A stretch of 64,000 bases of DNA from Malacoraja senta (GCA_038087875.1 CM076001.1:746001-810000), one strand, 5' to 3'. Counted from the stretch's first letter, positions 49,899-62,214 are shown. Notes: generated from the letters alone by a model not told the origin. Program-made: numbers and translations.

Positions 49899-50414
49899 GT
49901 GAAACAGAATCATAGAGTTATGTCACACAAAGGAGGCTCATCAGCCCAACTCACCCATGCTGACCATCTAAGATAGTCCCATTCATCTGTTTGGCCTATC
50001 TATCTATATAACTAAAAGTCTCATCTTGATCACTTCCTGTCTGCGCTGTATATTGATTTTAGAAAAAAAATGTTACCCTATATCGCTATGATTTTTAGCC
50101 ATCTTATTCCCAGTCCTGAGGCAGCCCCGAGGATTTTTCCGATCGATGAAAAAAATAATTATGAGTGTTTAAAAAATCTTGAGATCAGCTGATTGGTCCT
50201 CTCGCCTGTCAATCACCATGGTGAAGAAGACGCCCCTTCCGGGGGAAGGGGGGAGCAGGACTATAACACCCTGGATGCCTGGACGTGAGTCGTCCACTTT
50301 GGAAGATCGCGAGGGAGAGGCCACAACTGTGATTCTAAGCTGTGAATGAACTGAACTGTGAGTCTGCAATGTACTTGCAATAAATGATTTGTTAGCCCTT
50401 AATGAAATGAATGT

Positions 50415-51705
50415 TTGCCCCGCCCTGTGCTTGAACCTGCAATGGAAAGGGAAATGAAATGAAAATGCAATGAGCTGTTTGGCCTGGCCTGTGCTTGAAA
50501 GTGCAATGGAAATGGAAATTAAATGAAAATGCAATGAGCTGTTTGGCCTGCCCTGTGCTTGAAATTGCAATGGAAATGGAAATTAAATGAAAATGCAATG
50601 AGCTGTTTGGCCTGCCCTGTGCTTGAAACTGCAATGGAAATGGAAATGAAATGAAAATGCAATGAGCTGTTTGGCCTGCCCTGTGCTTGAAACTGCAATG
50701 GAAATGGAAATGAAATGAAAATGCAACGAGCTGTTTGGCATGCCCTGTGCTTGAAACTGCGATGACATTGGAAGTGAAATGAAAATGCAATCAGCTGTTT
50801 GGCCTGCCCTGTGCTTGAAACTGCAATGGAAATGGAAATGAAATGAAAATGCAATGAGCTGCCTGGCCTGCCCTGTCCTTGAAATTGCGATGGAAATGGA
50901 AATGAAATGAAAATGCAATGAGTTGCTTGGCCTGCCCCGTGCTTGAAATTGCAATGGAAATGGAAATGAAATGAAAATGCAATGAACTGTTTGGCCTGCC
51001 CTGTGTTTGAAACTGCAATGGAAATGGAAACAAAATGAAAATGCAATGAGCTGTTTGGCCTGCCCTGTGCTTGAAACTTCAATGGAAATGGAAATGAAAT
51101 GAAAATGCAATGAGCTGTTTGGCCTGTCCTGTGCTTGAATCTGCAATGGAAATGGAAATGAAATGAAAATGCTACGAGCTGTTTGGCGTACCCTGTGCCT
51201 GAAACTGCAATGGAAGTGGAAATGAAATGAAAATGCAATGAGCTGTTTGGCCTGCCCTGTGCTTGAAACTGCAATGGAAATGGAAATGAAATGAAAATGC
51301 AACGAGCTGTTTGGCGTGCCCTGTGCTTGAAACTGCAATGGCAATGGAAGAGAAATGAAAATGCAATCAGCTGTTTGGCCTGCCCTGTGCTTGAAACTGC
51401 AATGACATTGGAAGTGAAATGAAAATGCAATCAGCTGTTTGGCCTGCCCTGTGCTTGAAACTGCAATGGCAATGGGAATGAAATGATAACGCAATGAGCT
51501 GTTTGGCCTGCCCTGTGCTTGAAACTGCAATGGAAATGGAATTGAAATGAAAATGGAATGAGTTGTTTGGCCTGCCCTGTGCTTGAAATTGAAATGGAAA
51601 TGGAAATGGAAATGGAAATTAAATGAAATGAAATGAAATGAGTTATTTGGCCTGCCCTGTGCTTGAAATTGAAAAGGAAATGAAATGAAATGAGTTGTTT
51701 GGCCT
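50415..51705. repeat. 64-bp tandem repeat array, about 20 copies
   Basis: Unit gagctgtttggcctgccctgtgcttgaaactgcaatggaaatggaaatgaaatgaaaatgcaat recurs at 50536, 50600, 50664 and onward. Confidence 0.97.
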
Positions 51706-52004
51706 TTCTCAAACAAATTTCGTCCCACAAGGCCCCTATTAGCAGAGAAACCAGTCCCTTTTGCCTAAAATGCCAGTATTAGCCCAGGAGGCCAGGAAAA
51801 GACCAGAAAAAGTGCCTTTCACTGAGATTTCACTCCGACTTTTTTTTTAAAGAACCCCTTTGGCCCATCAGGCCTGTACTAGCTGAGGAGGAGTCCCTTC
51901 GGCCGATCAGTAAGTATCCCCCTGCAAGCATTAAACCTCACCCCAGTATTTTCTCCCTCCCTTCATTGGCTTATTTCATTTCATTTCCATTTCAATTTAA
52001 AGTC

Positions 52005-54487
52005 GAGACGGTGAGTGAATTGAATTGTTTTACTTTGGAACGTGAAAACAACGAATTTACTCGAATCAGTAAGACAGCCAAAAGCACGATGCTACTACCA
52101 CAAGTGTGGCGCTAGAATGCTACAACACCGTAAAAAGCCCGCGAATCTCAAAAATGTGCTCCGCCTGCAGCGATTCCTGGGTATGGTGAATTATCTGGGA
52201 AAATTCATACCGAACCTCAGTGAACGGAGTTTGCCTCTGAGACAACTAACTCGAAAGGATACTGCCTGGTCCTGGTTCCAGCAACACCAAAAAACATTTC
52301 ACGCTTTAAAATCGAAGCTGACCAGCGCCCCCACCTTGACATTTTTCGACCTGAAGTGCCCAGTGACAGTTACCTGCGATGCCTCACGATTCGGACTCGG
52401 CGCAGCCTGCCTACAATCAACTGCCGATGGAACTTTGCGTCCTGTCTCCTATACCTCCCGCACCATGACCGACACCGAACAGCGCTATGCACAAATCGAG
52501 AAGGAGCTGCTGGATGTTGTCTTCGCTTGTTCCAAATTCAAGGACTTTATCTTTGGGAATGTTTTCACGGTCGAGACGGACCACCAACCCCTGGTGACCA
52601 TCCTCAACAAACCTATACACGCAGCACCTGCACGTCTGCAACATATGATGATACAAGTCCAGCAATTTGACTTAAAAATTTTTTACAAGAAGGGTAAAGA
52701 CATGCTCGTTGCGGACACTCTCTCTCGCGCACCACAGGCATCCAACGAATGACACCCCTACGAACGGGACGAGTTTACGGTTCTCAGCATTGACTTTGTT
52801 CCCACAAAACAATTGCGCCGCTTAGCTGAACACACAGCCGCTGATGCCACCCTCCAGCTACTCTCATCCATAATCAAGAGAGGCTGGCCAGACAGACAAA
52901 CCAGCACACCACCGGAGGTGCAGCCGTTCTTCTTAGTCCGCGATGAACTGGTAATACAGGATGGTGTCATAGTTAAGGGCCACAAAGTCGTGATCCCCTC
53001 AACGCTACGTGACGAATACTACAAAGAGGCACACAGCGGCCACCCAGGCACCGATGCCACGCTGGCCCATGCACAGAGCATGTTCTAGTGGCCCAGCATG
53101 ACCAAGTACGTATGGGACAGGACAGCCTCCTGCCCCATTTGCAACAGCCCCGCACTGCAACAACAGAGACAACCTTTACTGCAACAACCTCCACCAGCAC
53201 TGCCCTGGACGTCGCTGGCGGCAGACATTTTTGAGTGGCACGGTAAACATTATCTAGTCCTAGTTGACTCCTATTCTAACTGGTTTGAACTTGATTTACT
53301 GCCTTCCATCACATCAGAGATGGTCATTCAAAAGCTACAGAAGCACTTCTCCACATTCGGCGCACCTGTCCGCTTGCAGACCGACAACGGAAGACAGTTT
53401 ACCAGACACGCCTTCAGACTCTTTGCTAACCAATGGAATTTCCACCATGTCACGAGCAGCCCTGAATACCCACAAAGTAACGGGCTCGCTGAACGAGCCG
53501 TCAGAAGCGCTAAACAGCTAATGGAACGCGCCCACCTAGCCAAGTCAGATGTGTATCTCGACCTTTTAAACCTCAGGAACATTGCTAGAGACAGGATCCT
53601 GGGCTCACCAGCCCAGCGACTGATGTCCAGGACGACAAGACCTCCGATACCGATTGCCCAGCACAAGCTGGTGCCACTAGTGCCAGCTATGATCCAGAAG
53701 CGTATCCAGGAGAAACACGACATACAGAAACGATCTCATGACAAGTCCTGCAAACCACCTACGACACTACTACCGGGCCAAGTCGCTCGTTTGCAAACTT
53801 CTGTGGGACATTCCCGTTTGGGTTGCGTTGTTGGCCTGGCTGAAGAACCACGATCTTACCTTGTTGACATCGATGGCGCCCTGTACCGTCGGAGCTGCCA
53901 ACACTTGCTGCTGTGATGGAGCCACGTCCACCACCAGCCGATCCCTATGCTCCACCTATACTGTTCCAGCCGTCTGCTGCCACGTCCACCACCAGTCCCA
54001 GCATGTCCCTTACCCCACCATGACCGGCGGCTATGACTAACCACAATACTACCTCTCCTGCATGCTCCCCCTGTCGGTCACCACAGGTGTCCCCTGCTGC
54101 TTTCTCACTTCCGGGGTCAACGCCTCCTTTTAATCTTTCTGGCGAAGGGGGAGAGGGCTTGGTCCGTACTTGTTCGGGCCGTATTAGTAGACCGCCTGAC
54201 AGATACGGCGAGTATGTTTGAATTCTTGCGACATGTGTGTTTAACCATATTCCGTAACTATCTTTATGGGGAAGGATGTAGATTGGTTTATGCATGAAAG
54301 CAAATCATAGTAGAATAGCATCACTAAACCCACCCTACTGTATGATTCATACTAACACCCACTTCCTACACTAGTCAGTCTTGGAAGCGGTCACGATGTA
54401 CTAACAACCAACGACCTGCTGTACCGTTATATATGGGTACTGATTAAAGATGATCTTAAACTTTAGACTGTGGACTGCTTATTTACA
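52005..54487 (+). mobile_element. Ty3/Gypsy LTR retrotransposon 3' part (RT end, RNase H, integrase, PPT, 3' LTR)
   Basis: LQRFLGMVNYL, TCDASRFGLGA, YAQIEKE, ETDHQPL, HSGHPG, LVDSYSNW, TDNGRQF, PQSNGLAERAV; several stops; PPT ggggaagga at 54268-54276. Confidence 0.93.
54277..54487 (+). repeat. Gypsy 3' LTR
   Basis: TGTA...TACA directly after the polypurine tract; ATTAAA at about 54443. No matching 5' LTR in the window. Confidence 0.75.
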
Positions 54488-54570
54488 ATGTCTAAAATTG
54501 ATTTTCCACCCTCTCCCCTTCTCTCTCACAGAGTCTATCGCCTGTTTTGGGCAGAATTTCTGACCGTTTC

Positions 54571-54793
54571 TGAGCTGCCAGCCCACCAGCCCTGAGTGAC
54601 TGAGCTGGCAGCCCACCAGGCCTGAGTTTCTGAGCTGCCAGCCCACCAGGCCTGAGTGACTGAGCTTCCAGCCCACCAGGCTTGAGTGACTGAGCTGAAA
54701 GCCCACCAGGCCTGAGTAACTGAGCTGCCAGCCCACCAGGCCTGAGTGACTGAGCTGCCAGCCCACCAGGCCTGAGTGACTGATCTGCCAGCC
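54571..54793. repeat. 30-bp minisatellite, about 7.4 copies, inside the Helitron
   Basis: Unit tgagctgccagcccaccaggcctgagtgac every 30 bp from 54571. Confidence 0.97.
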
Positions 54794-55749
54794 GAAGAAT
54801 CCATTCAGTCCTCAATGTCCATACTAGCTCTCTGGAAACCAGTCCCTTCAGCCCACAACACCCATACTAGCACTCCACTGGCCACCAATATTGGAATTGG
54901 TGGAGAGGTGGAATATTGCGTTGGGGGATCAGCCCTCCCGTCTGAACATGGGACCCAATGGGTCCCACTAAGTCTAGTATCTCACTAAAGCTTTCCTAAC
55001 CATGCTTGCCCCAACTGAACTTCTTCTACTGAACAGCCAACGAAATTGGACCTCACTTTCCTTAAGATGCTCATTCTATGGATTTCCTGGAATAAAATGA
55101 CCATAATCCCACAAAGGAGATCCAAAAGGCCACCACTCCCAACCACTAATAAGGTGAGTTCCTGGCATTATATCCCCACTTTCAGTGCCTCCATTTCCCT
55201 ATCCCACATGGGATAACAGCTGGTTCTGGATGAACAACCTCATGGCCTGTCACCACCAAATGTACGGCTCTGAGCCCCTCCATCCCCACTCAACCATTGG
55301 CCACGTCAAGCCTCAGGTCAGTGCCTATGTTGAGTTTCAGGAAAAGGGGGCCAGGGGAACAGTTTGATGTACTTGTTGAGCAATCAAAACACTCTGCATC
55401 ATTGATAGAGCTCTTAAAGATAGCGGAGTCAGGGGATATGGTGAGAAGGCAGGAACGGGGTACTGAATGTGGATGATCAGCCATGATCACAGTGAACGGT
55501 GGCACTGGCCCGAAGTGCCGAATGGCCTACTCCTGCACCTAATGTCTATTGTCTATTGCAATGCACCCCAATAGGTAGGCCAGAATTCCCAGATACAGTA
55601 CTTTACTCTTCCCACGGAGAAACTGTTTTTCTTCCATTTAATACTTTCCACAAACATAGGGTGGGTTTGATGAGGTTCACTGTGGCCTGGTGTATTAATG
55701 CATTAATACCTTGCAGTTTCATTGGTTTACAATTAACTAGAGTTTAAAT

Positions 55750-55900
55750 TAAGGTAGACAAAATTGCTGGTGAAACTCAGCGGGTGCGGCAGCATCTATG
55801 GAGCGAAGGAAATAGGCAACATTTCGGGCCGAAACCCTTCTTCAGACTGATCACTTTGTCTACCTTCGATTCTCCAGCATCTGCAGTTCCTTCTTGAACA
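55750..55900. mobile_element. Penelope-derived short element (second subfamily) with hammerhead-like motif on the minus strand
   Basis: Minus strand reads CTGAAGA-A-GGGTT-TC-GGCCC-GAAA-TGTT (55845-55818); partly palindromic ends. Confidence 0.7.
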
Positions 55901-56120
55901 TATATTTTAATTTAGTTTAGTTTATTGTCAAAGTACTCTGAAAAGCTTTTGTTTGTGTGCTATCCAGTTAGAGAAAAGCATGAATACAATTAAGCTGTCC
56001 ACTGTGCACGGATAAAGGATAAAGGGTAAAATATTCAGTGCAAGATATAACAATGAAGTCCAATAAAGTCTGATTAAAGATAGTTCAAAGGTTTCCAATG
56101 AGGTAGATCAGGACCACACA

Positions 56121-56435
56121 CCGCGGTCACACTGGCGCAGCGGTAGAGTTGCTGCCTTACAGCGCATGCAGCTCTGGAGACCCGGGTTCGAACCTGACAA
56201 CGGGTGTTGTCTGTACAGAGTTTGTACGTTCTCCCCGTGACCTGCGTGGGTTTTTTCTGAGATCTTCGGTTTCCTCCCACACTCCAAAGACGTGCAGGTT
56301 TGTAGGTTAATTGGCATGGTAAATGTAAAAATTGTCCTTACTGGGTATGGGATGGTGTTAATGTGCGGGGATCGCTGGTCGGCGCGGACCCGGTGGGCCG
56401 AAGGGCCTGTTTCCGCGCTGTATCTCTAAACTCTA
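56121..56435 (+). mobile_element. HE1/V-SINE-like SINE nested in an older LINE 3' fragment (about 55915-56595, -)
   Basis: Well-preserved tRNA-like head, V core and tail. Flanks resemble a Rex1-type 3' end (gggaagaaactgtccctgaatc). Confidence 0.85.
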
Positions 56436-58385
56436 ATGAGAGGACCATTCAGTTGCCTGATAACAGCTGGGAAGAAACTGTCCCTGAATCAGGAGATATG
56501 CATTTCCCAACTTCTGTACCTCTTGTTTGATGGGAGAGGGAAGAGGGAGGGTGACCGGGGGGAGGCTGGTCCTTGATTATGCTGGTTGCCTTGTCAAGGT
56601 AGTGTGGAGTATTTCATATTTAAAAACCTAGCAAATGGTGACCAAAGTTTATAAGCAACATGCAGATCATAACTGCAATGCAAATCAACTTCACTTTGGG
56701 CATGATACTGAACCATTGTCAGAATAATAACAATTATTCGCTTTACTGGAGTGAAGCAACACTTTCTTTGGAAAGCATCTCTCACTGAGCTGATCATTGT
56801 TAACAGTTATCAGCTCAGGCTGTCCTGCCGGGAAGAGCACACATTCCGTATTAGTGCATCCTTTTAGATAAAAAATTATGTCCTGTCTTCATTTTAATTT
56901 ATCTCATTAATCTAATTGACAATACCCAAATCTCCAATAAGCAAAAAAAACATTTCAGAGCACCAGAAGGATCTAAATTCAATTTTTAAGCCACAATATT
57001 CGATCACAGGTCATCTGCTATTGTTTAATGTTATCTGAGAGGAATAGCCACTGGCAATTTTTCTACAAGGGAACTTAATAGAAAGTATTTCCTGCATGAA
57101 AATTGAGAGATGTCTCAGCCATTGGCTGAACAACGTGTTGAGCCTCTGAGGGCTTATGCTTCAAATTCCAGCAAGACTGCTGCATTAATTTCTGTTCAGA
57201 GGTCAGTAAAGTTAGTCCACCTTTATCTGCAGCGTGAGAGTGAAGGGGCACAAAGGTATAGGTGACTGCATTGTGTTAAGTTGTATCCTTAAACACTGTG
57301 GACTTCTACAAAGGGAGAGGAGATAGTTACTGTTCTGTGTTACAAACTGCTGATGGCCTTTCAAGCAAATGGAGTTTCTAACCATGAAGGAAGTGGAGAT
57401 GGTGGGGCAATAGACCTCTTTCTCTGCTACATAACTCAATGAGAAAAGATGATATCAGACCAGCTATAAAGCTTGTATGAAAATCTCTGTCTCTCAAACA
57501 TCCTTTTCTTTCTCCAAGTAGAGAAGTGCTGAGGTAACTCAGGCTGTATCTCTGGATGTCGTAGACAGCGTTATTTCAGAAAGTGGGAAAAGCCGGACAA
57601 GTGACATGTGGATACAGGTGATGGGAGTTTTGATCGGCAGATGAGTGGACGAAACAGAGTTGAATTTCTAGGTCAATAACTTTTCATCAGAACTGATTGT
57701 GTCTGATCAGCTGAGCATTTCAACATTTTCCACTTTTAATTTGGATTTCTGCAGTTTTGTTGCTTTTAGATTACAAATAATAGTAATTTAAATTTAAGTA
57801 CACCTCACCACTGGTGGTGTGCTTGTCTGCAGTTTCCTTGTCAGACCCCATGATTTGACCCTAACCAAACTATGTTTAAATTACAAATAAACACACCCAC
57901 GACCAATTGTGAAACCCACCCTGTACCTGTATTTATTTGTTCGAGCTTAAGCGTTCCTGTTTGCTGTATGCCCTTGTAGTGGCTGACTTGATTACTTCTC
58001 ACACTATGAGTCAGTGAATCATGCCATTATTTGTTCAAAGAAATGTCAGTTTGTTTGATATTTCCCCATTATCATACAAAATTGTTTTTATGGAGAAATG
58101 TCTGGGTTGATCAACATTTTGAAAGGCTGGTGAATGAGATCTACTCGACCGATGACTCCGATGTTAACATTTTCACAGGATGTGCAGGCAAATCCAGACT
58201 CAGTAGGACGAAGCAGTTTACCCATTGCATTCACTTGCAAATCTTCTTAACAGCCTGTGTTTGATGGGCAGAACAGACAGTTAGAATTGCACAAGGGCAT
58301 GCCATTGTGTGGTCTGCTGCTTAACCTACTCCCTTGGCAGCAACATTCAATCACATCCGTGTCTCCTGATTTCCTCTTGTCTCAC

Positions 58386-58435
58386 AGCTTGTTTTAAAAG
58401 CTCATTTGAAAGATCAGTTAGTTCTACGCGGCATC
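58386..58435 (-). CDS. Candidate 50-bp internal exon of an unidentified host gene ((G)CRVELTDLSNELLKQA)
   Basis: Good acceptor tcttctgttgcag|G, one open frame and a possible donor GCT|gtgaga. Phase-compatible with the candidate exon at 48679. Product not recognised. Confidence 0.3.
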
Positions 58436-61317
58436 CTGCAACAGAAGACTAGGTCAATCTTTATGTGTAAATACCCCAGGATTGCCTTTACAGTAGAACC
58501 ACTTGATGTCTTTAATGTGGTTTATATTGAATTAAATATGTTTTTGCTGCAGGCCTAGTCAGCATCATTGATGTGGAGACACTAAAGAGAGCAGATGCTG
58601 GAATTGTGAGCAAAAAACAAAGTGCTGAAGTGAATAGACAGAAGATGTTTCAGATCAGGGCCCCACTTCAGAAATATCATTGATTTGTTCCTCTCTTGAT
58701 TTCCAAATATTTACCAGGGGAGGAAATAAAATATGAGTGCCTAATACTTACTTTAGTCTGAGAACTTGCAATATTAACCTAAACTGGCAATGATTTTGTT
58801 TGAATATCAACGATGACTACACTTCAAAGGTAGTTTATCATTTGGGTCATGACTAAAGATGTCAATTGAGCTTTTCATTAAAATGCATTGTAGTTACCCT
58901 CACCTTTTATACCTCCTTCTCTCAATTGTCTTCTATTCATTTCTATCTCCCCAGTTTCTTATAGAAACATCTTCTCTACCTTCCCAGGACATGCACCACA
59001 ATTTTAATTTCACCACATTTCACTGGGTAGTTTGAGCACACTATACACAGTAGCATGTACCGTTAATACACTTAATACTTATTGGGGAGTCCTTGTTACT
59101 GCTGACAATGCCCTCTACCACAGTGCAAGTCCTTCAGTTTTATACCCCTTTATTATTTTAAACATCAACTCTTTCCAAAGGTAAAAGAGCCTCATGTTGT
59201 TCAATCTTTTGTGATAGGTTAAATGTATTTCAGTGATATCACCTGTTCTACATTTACATCATGGTGCCTTTTTTCTTTTCATTATGTGGAGATTGGATCC
59301 ACAGAGGGCACTCTAGCTTATCACTTTCAATTTGCATTGATATGGAGCAGTGGTTCGGTGCTGGGCTTGTTACTATTTATCATCAATATCAATGATTTGG
59401 ATGAGTATATCAGGGCTGTCAACTTTGGGTGAGAGTTTGGAGTGAGAAATTGTGGGACGGGGGGAGGGTGTTGGAGGGGGATGTCCCCCCTCCCATTGGT
59501 ATGGAGCTTTTGCATTTTTCAGCTTGAAATTGTGCAATCTGGTGCATACTGTAGCAAGTTTTTTAACTTACACTTGAATGCAATATTTATGCTTTAAATT
59601 GGATTAGCTATGAATAAGGTTAGGCTAAATTACATTCCTAATTACAGTCCACAGTAGAGCCAGGCTCTGATCAACAGGTGCAGCACATGAATGATCTTAG
59701 TATATTGATGTATGGAAATCAGATTATAATCAAACACTTGGCCCATGTTGAACAACCTGGGTCTCACTGCACATCTGGTACTACTCCTGTCCCTGACTCC
59801 AGTTGCATACCTTCTCTCATTCCTGACCCTGAGTCCAGCCTTAACCTGGCCCCCTATTCTACCCTGATCATAGCTGCTTACCTGCTTAGGTTCCCAGTGC
59901 TGAACACTCCCATTTCCCCAGCTTTTACTGCACACCTATTCCAGACCTTGACTCTGGATGCATACTTGGCCTTGCTCCTATCCCCTCTGCACTGACTATA
60001 AATCTGGCCCACACATAAAGCCCCATATCTGACCCCTGGACTTAACCTATTACGTTCAAGTCCACAGGTGCTAATCTAATGTGGTAATCTTTTATGGGGC
60101 ACTTCACGGACCAAATTTTGCATAACAAAATTTGCTACATCCATTGGCTTAATTGTTATCTAACATGCTAGTTACTTTGTCAAAGAAGTCATCAATTGGT
60201 TGAACACAATTTTTCATCCATAAAATTATACTCACTCAGCTGTATAAGTATTCTGTTACCATTTCCTTAATTTCCCTAACAAACTGTCCTGAAGTCATTT
60301 TCACCCCCAATATTTTCATAATTTTGCTGTCTTCCTCTTAGCTGGGACTTTTCCGAAATGCAAAGTCCAATAACTATATATTTAAGCAATATTATTCTAT
60401 TAAATGTGATCTTGAAAGTACATAATATTTTCTGTGGTATTCATAACACAACAATGATAAAAATATCTTTGTTTCGATTGTACCTACCAACATGCATACA
60501 TTATTATATTACAGTTAATATGTACCAAGGGCAAATTTTGGTTCCATGGCTCCCCATTCCCAATTACTTTTACATTGAAGTGATTGAAATCCAAGTAAAG
60601 TTTAAATGGCATAAGAAAAATAAAACCTCCGGAATGGATGATATTCATTACGTGGTTGGTTGGAGTCAGTATCAGCACAATTACTATATTAAACTTTGAA
60701 TCTTCAGATGTCCTGGTTCAAGCTAAAACTAAAGACAAATAATAACCTACTCACACATTCCCCATGTAAGTATCTCTGTCACTCCTTTAAAATATGCCCC
60801 TTCTTTGAACAAGCTCTTAAACATCGCATCTGAATAAGTTTCCATCAGATTACACTCCTTGAGGATGTTTATCTATGTGTTCAATTAATAAAACAACAAG
60901 ATTGGGGACATTTCTATTCAACCTGTCAAAGGAATTTGGGGGGGGGGGTTTAGAAATAGTCAGTGAGGTAAACAAACATAATAGTTGAGTGGCAAATGAC
61001 AATAGTGCTACCTTCCCAATATTTATATGAAGGAAATAATGGGTTATTGGGGCTTTATGTTGTGACAGACAGCCTGACACCATGCATGTCATTTAACACT
61101 ACATTTAAGAAACAGTTAGACTGATACATGGATAGTTTAGGTTTGGAGGGATATGGACCAAAAGCAGGTAGAGTAGCTGGGACATGTTGGTAGGTGTGGG
61201 CAAGTTGAACCAAAGGGCCTGTTTTCACACTGTACCACTCTATGACTACATTATACCTCCACCATGCATGAATGCTTCAAAATCAAGTGGTCGAGTTTTA
61301 TTACCATATACTCAAGC

Positions 61318-61630
61318 ATAGAAAATAGGTGCAGGAATAGGCCATTCGGCCCTTCGAGCCAGCACTGCCATTCAATATGATCATGGCTGTTTATCTAAAA
61401 TCAGTACCTCTTTCCTGTTTTTTCCCCATATCCTTTGATTTCATGAACCCCAAGAGCTAAATGTAACTCTCTCTTGAAAACATCCAGTGAATTGGCTTCC
61501 ACTGCCTTCTGTGGCAGAGAATTCCACAGATTCACAACTCTCTGGGTGAAGAAAGTTTGTTCTCATCTCAATCCTAACTAGCCTACCCTTTATTCTTAAA
61601 CTGTGATCCCTGGTTCTGAACTCCCCAGGC
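61318..61630 (-). mobile_element. CR1 3' end inside the hAT element
   Basis: Closely matches 1223-1445 and continues through the CR1 3' UTR to ..cctattttctatg. Confidence 0.85.
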
Positions 61631-61708
61631 AAGCAGGATGCTTTCTCCAACCACCCCCATTTGAAGGCCACTATCTTCCATCGTTTCTACCCAGTGCTTG
61701 GTACCTAC

Positions 61709-61941
61709 TTCCAGCAGCAACTGGTTGTCCTCCAGGATGCACCGAGCCGCAGCCTGATCCATGCCAGTCACCTGGGCGAATTCAGCGCAGAGACTCTAAC
61801 AGCAGCGACACAACGCTTCCAACGCCTCCGACGGCCCGGGATTCTCACACTGCGGCTGCTCCATGGCCGGAGCTGCAGCAAGTGACTCGCCAGCCCAGGC
61901 TCCCGGTCCACATCTGTCCCTGCCGCTGCTTCTGCTTCCAT
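61709..61941 (-). pseudogene. tdp2: Captured, decayed first exon resembling tyrosyl-DNA phosphodiesterase 2 (N-terminal UBA-like domain)
   Basis: MEAEAAAGTDVDREPGL/ESLAAAPAMEQPQCENPGPSEALEALCRCC*SLCAEFAQVTGMDQAAARCILEDNQLLLE then donor gtaggt. Compare recalled human TDP2 KRRLLCVEFASVASCDAAVAQCFLAENDWEME. One frameshift and one stop (61796-61798). Confidence 0.75.
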
Positions 61942-62214
61942 CCCTCCCTCAGCCCCGGCTCTCCAACACCCGCGGTCCATGAGATTTTGAAATTCTCGTT
62001 GATCACAGAATTTCTCACGACAAAGCGTGAGAAATTTGTGATCAGCGTGAGAGCGTGAGAATTTATCGAAGTGCGTGTGTCTCACGCTCAATGCATGAGA
62101 GTTGGCAGCCCTGGAGTACATACATGGCAGGATTAGCAAGTTGATACAAATGTGGGTGGTTATGCGGATATTGATGATGATTATGAAAAATTGCAGCAGG
62201 CAATTCTCTCTCAC

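Larger units (their letters stand above)
49999..54977 (+). mobile_element. Non-autonomous Helitron containing tandem repeats and a Gypsy fragment
   Basis: 5' TCTATCTATATAACTAAAA; 3' hairpin tgggaccc-aat-gggtccca (54949-54967) then CTAG. Inserted between A and T with no TSD. Removing it restores a CR1 tail (ggccta|tatctcactaaagc). Confidence 0.88.
59411..62113. mobile_element. Non-autonomous hAT DNA transposon (2.7 kb) carrying captured host sequence
   Basis: TIRs cagggctgtcaact / agttggcagccctg; 8-bp TSD gagtatat (59403-59410) / gagtacat (62114-62121); subterminal gtgaga repeats. It splits a CR1 RT remnant (INDLDEY|..ISK). Confidence 0.9.

Noticed and set aside
50415..51705. CRISPR-like regular array
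   Set aside because: Units are head-to-tail with no unique spacers, the context is eukaryotic and there are no cas genes.
50392..51730. Long minus-strand ORFs (303 aa, 381 aa and others) with FHFHFH/SISIA repeats
   Set aside because: They are translations of the 64-bp satellite cycling through three frames, not a protein gene.
56121..56200. tRNA gene
   Set aside because: The A/B-box head continues into the SINE core and tail. The same applies to the other SINE copies.
61709..61941. Functional tdp2 gene starting here
   Set aside because: It has a frameshift and an in-frame stop, is enclosed by hAT TIRs and a TSD, and no downstream TDP2 catalytic exons were recognised.
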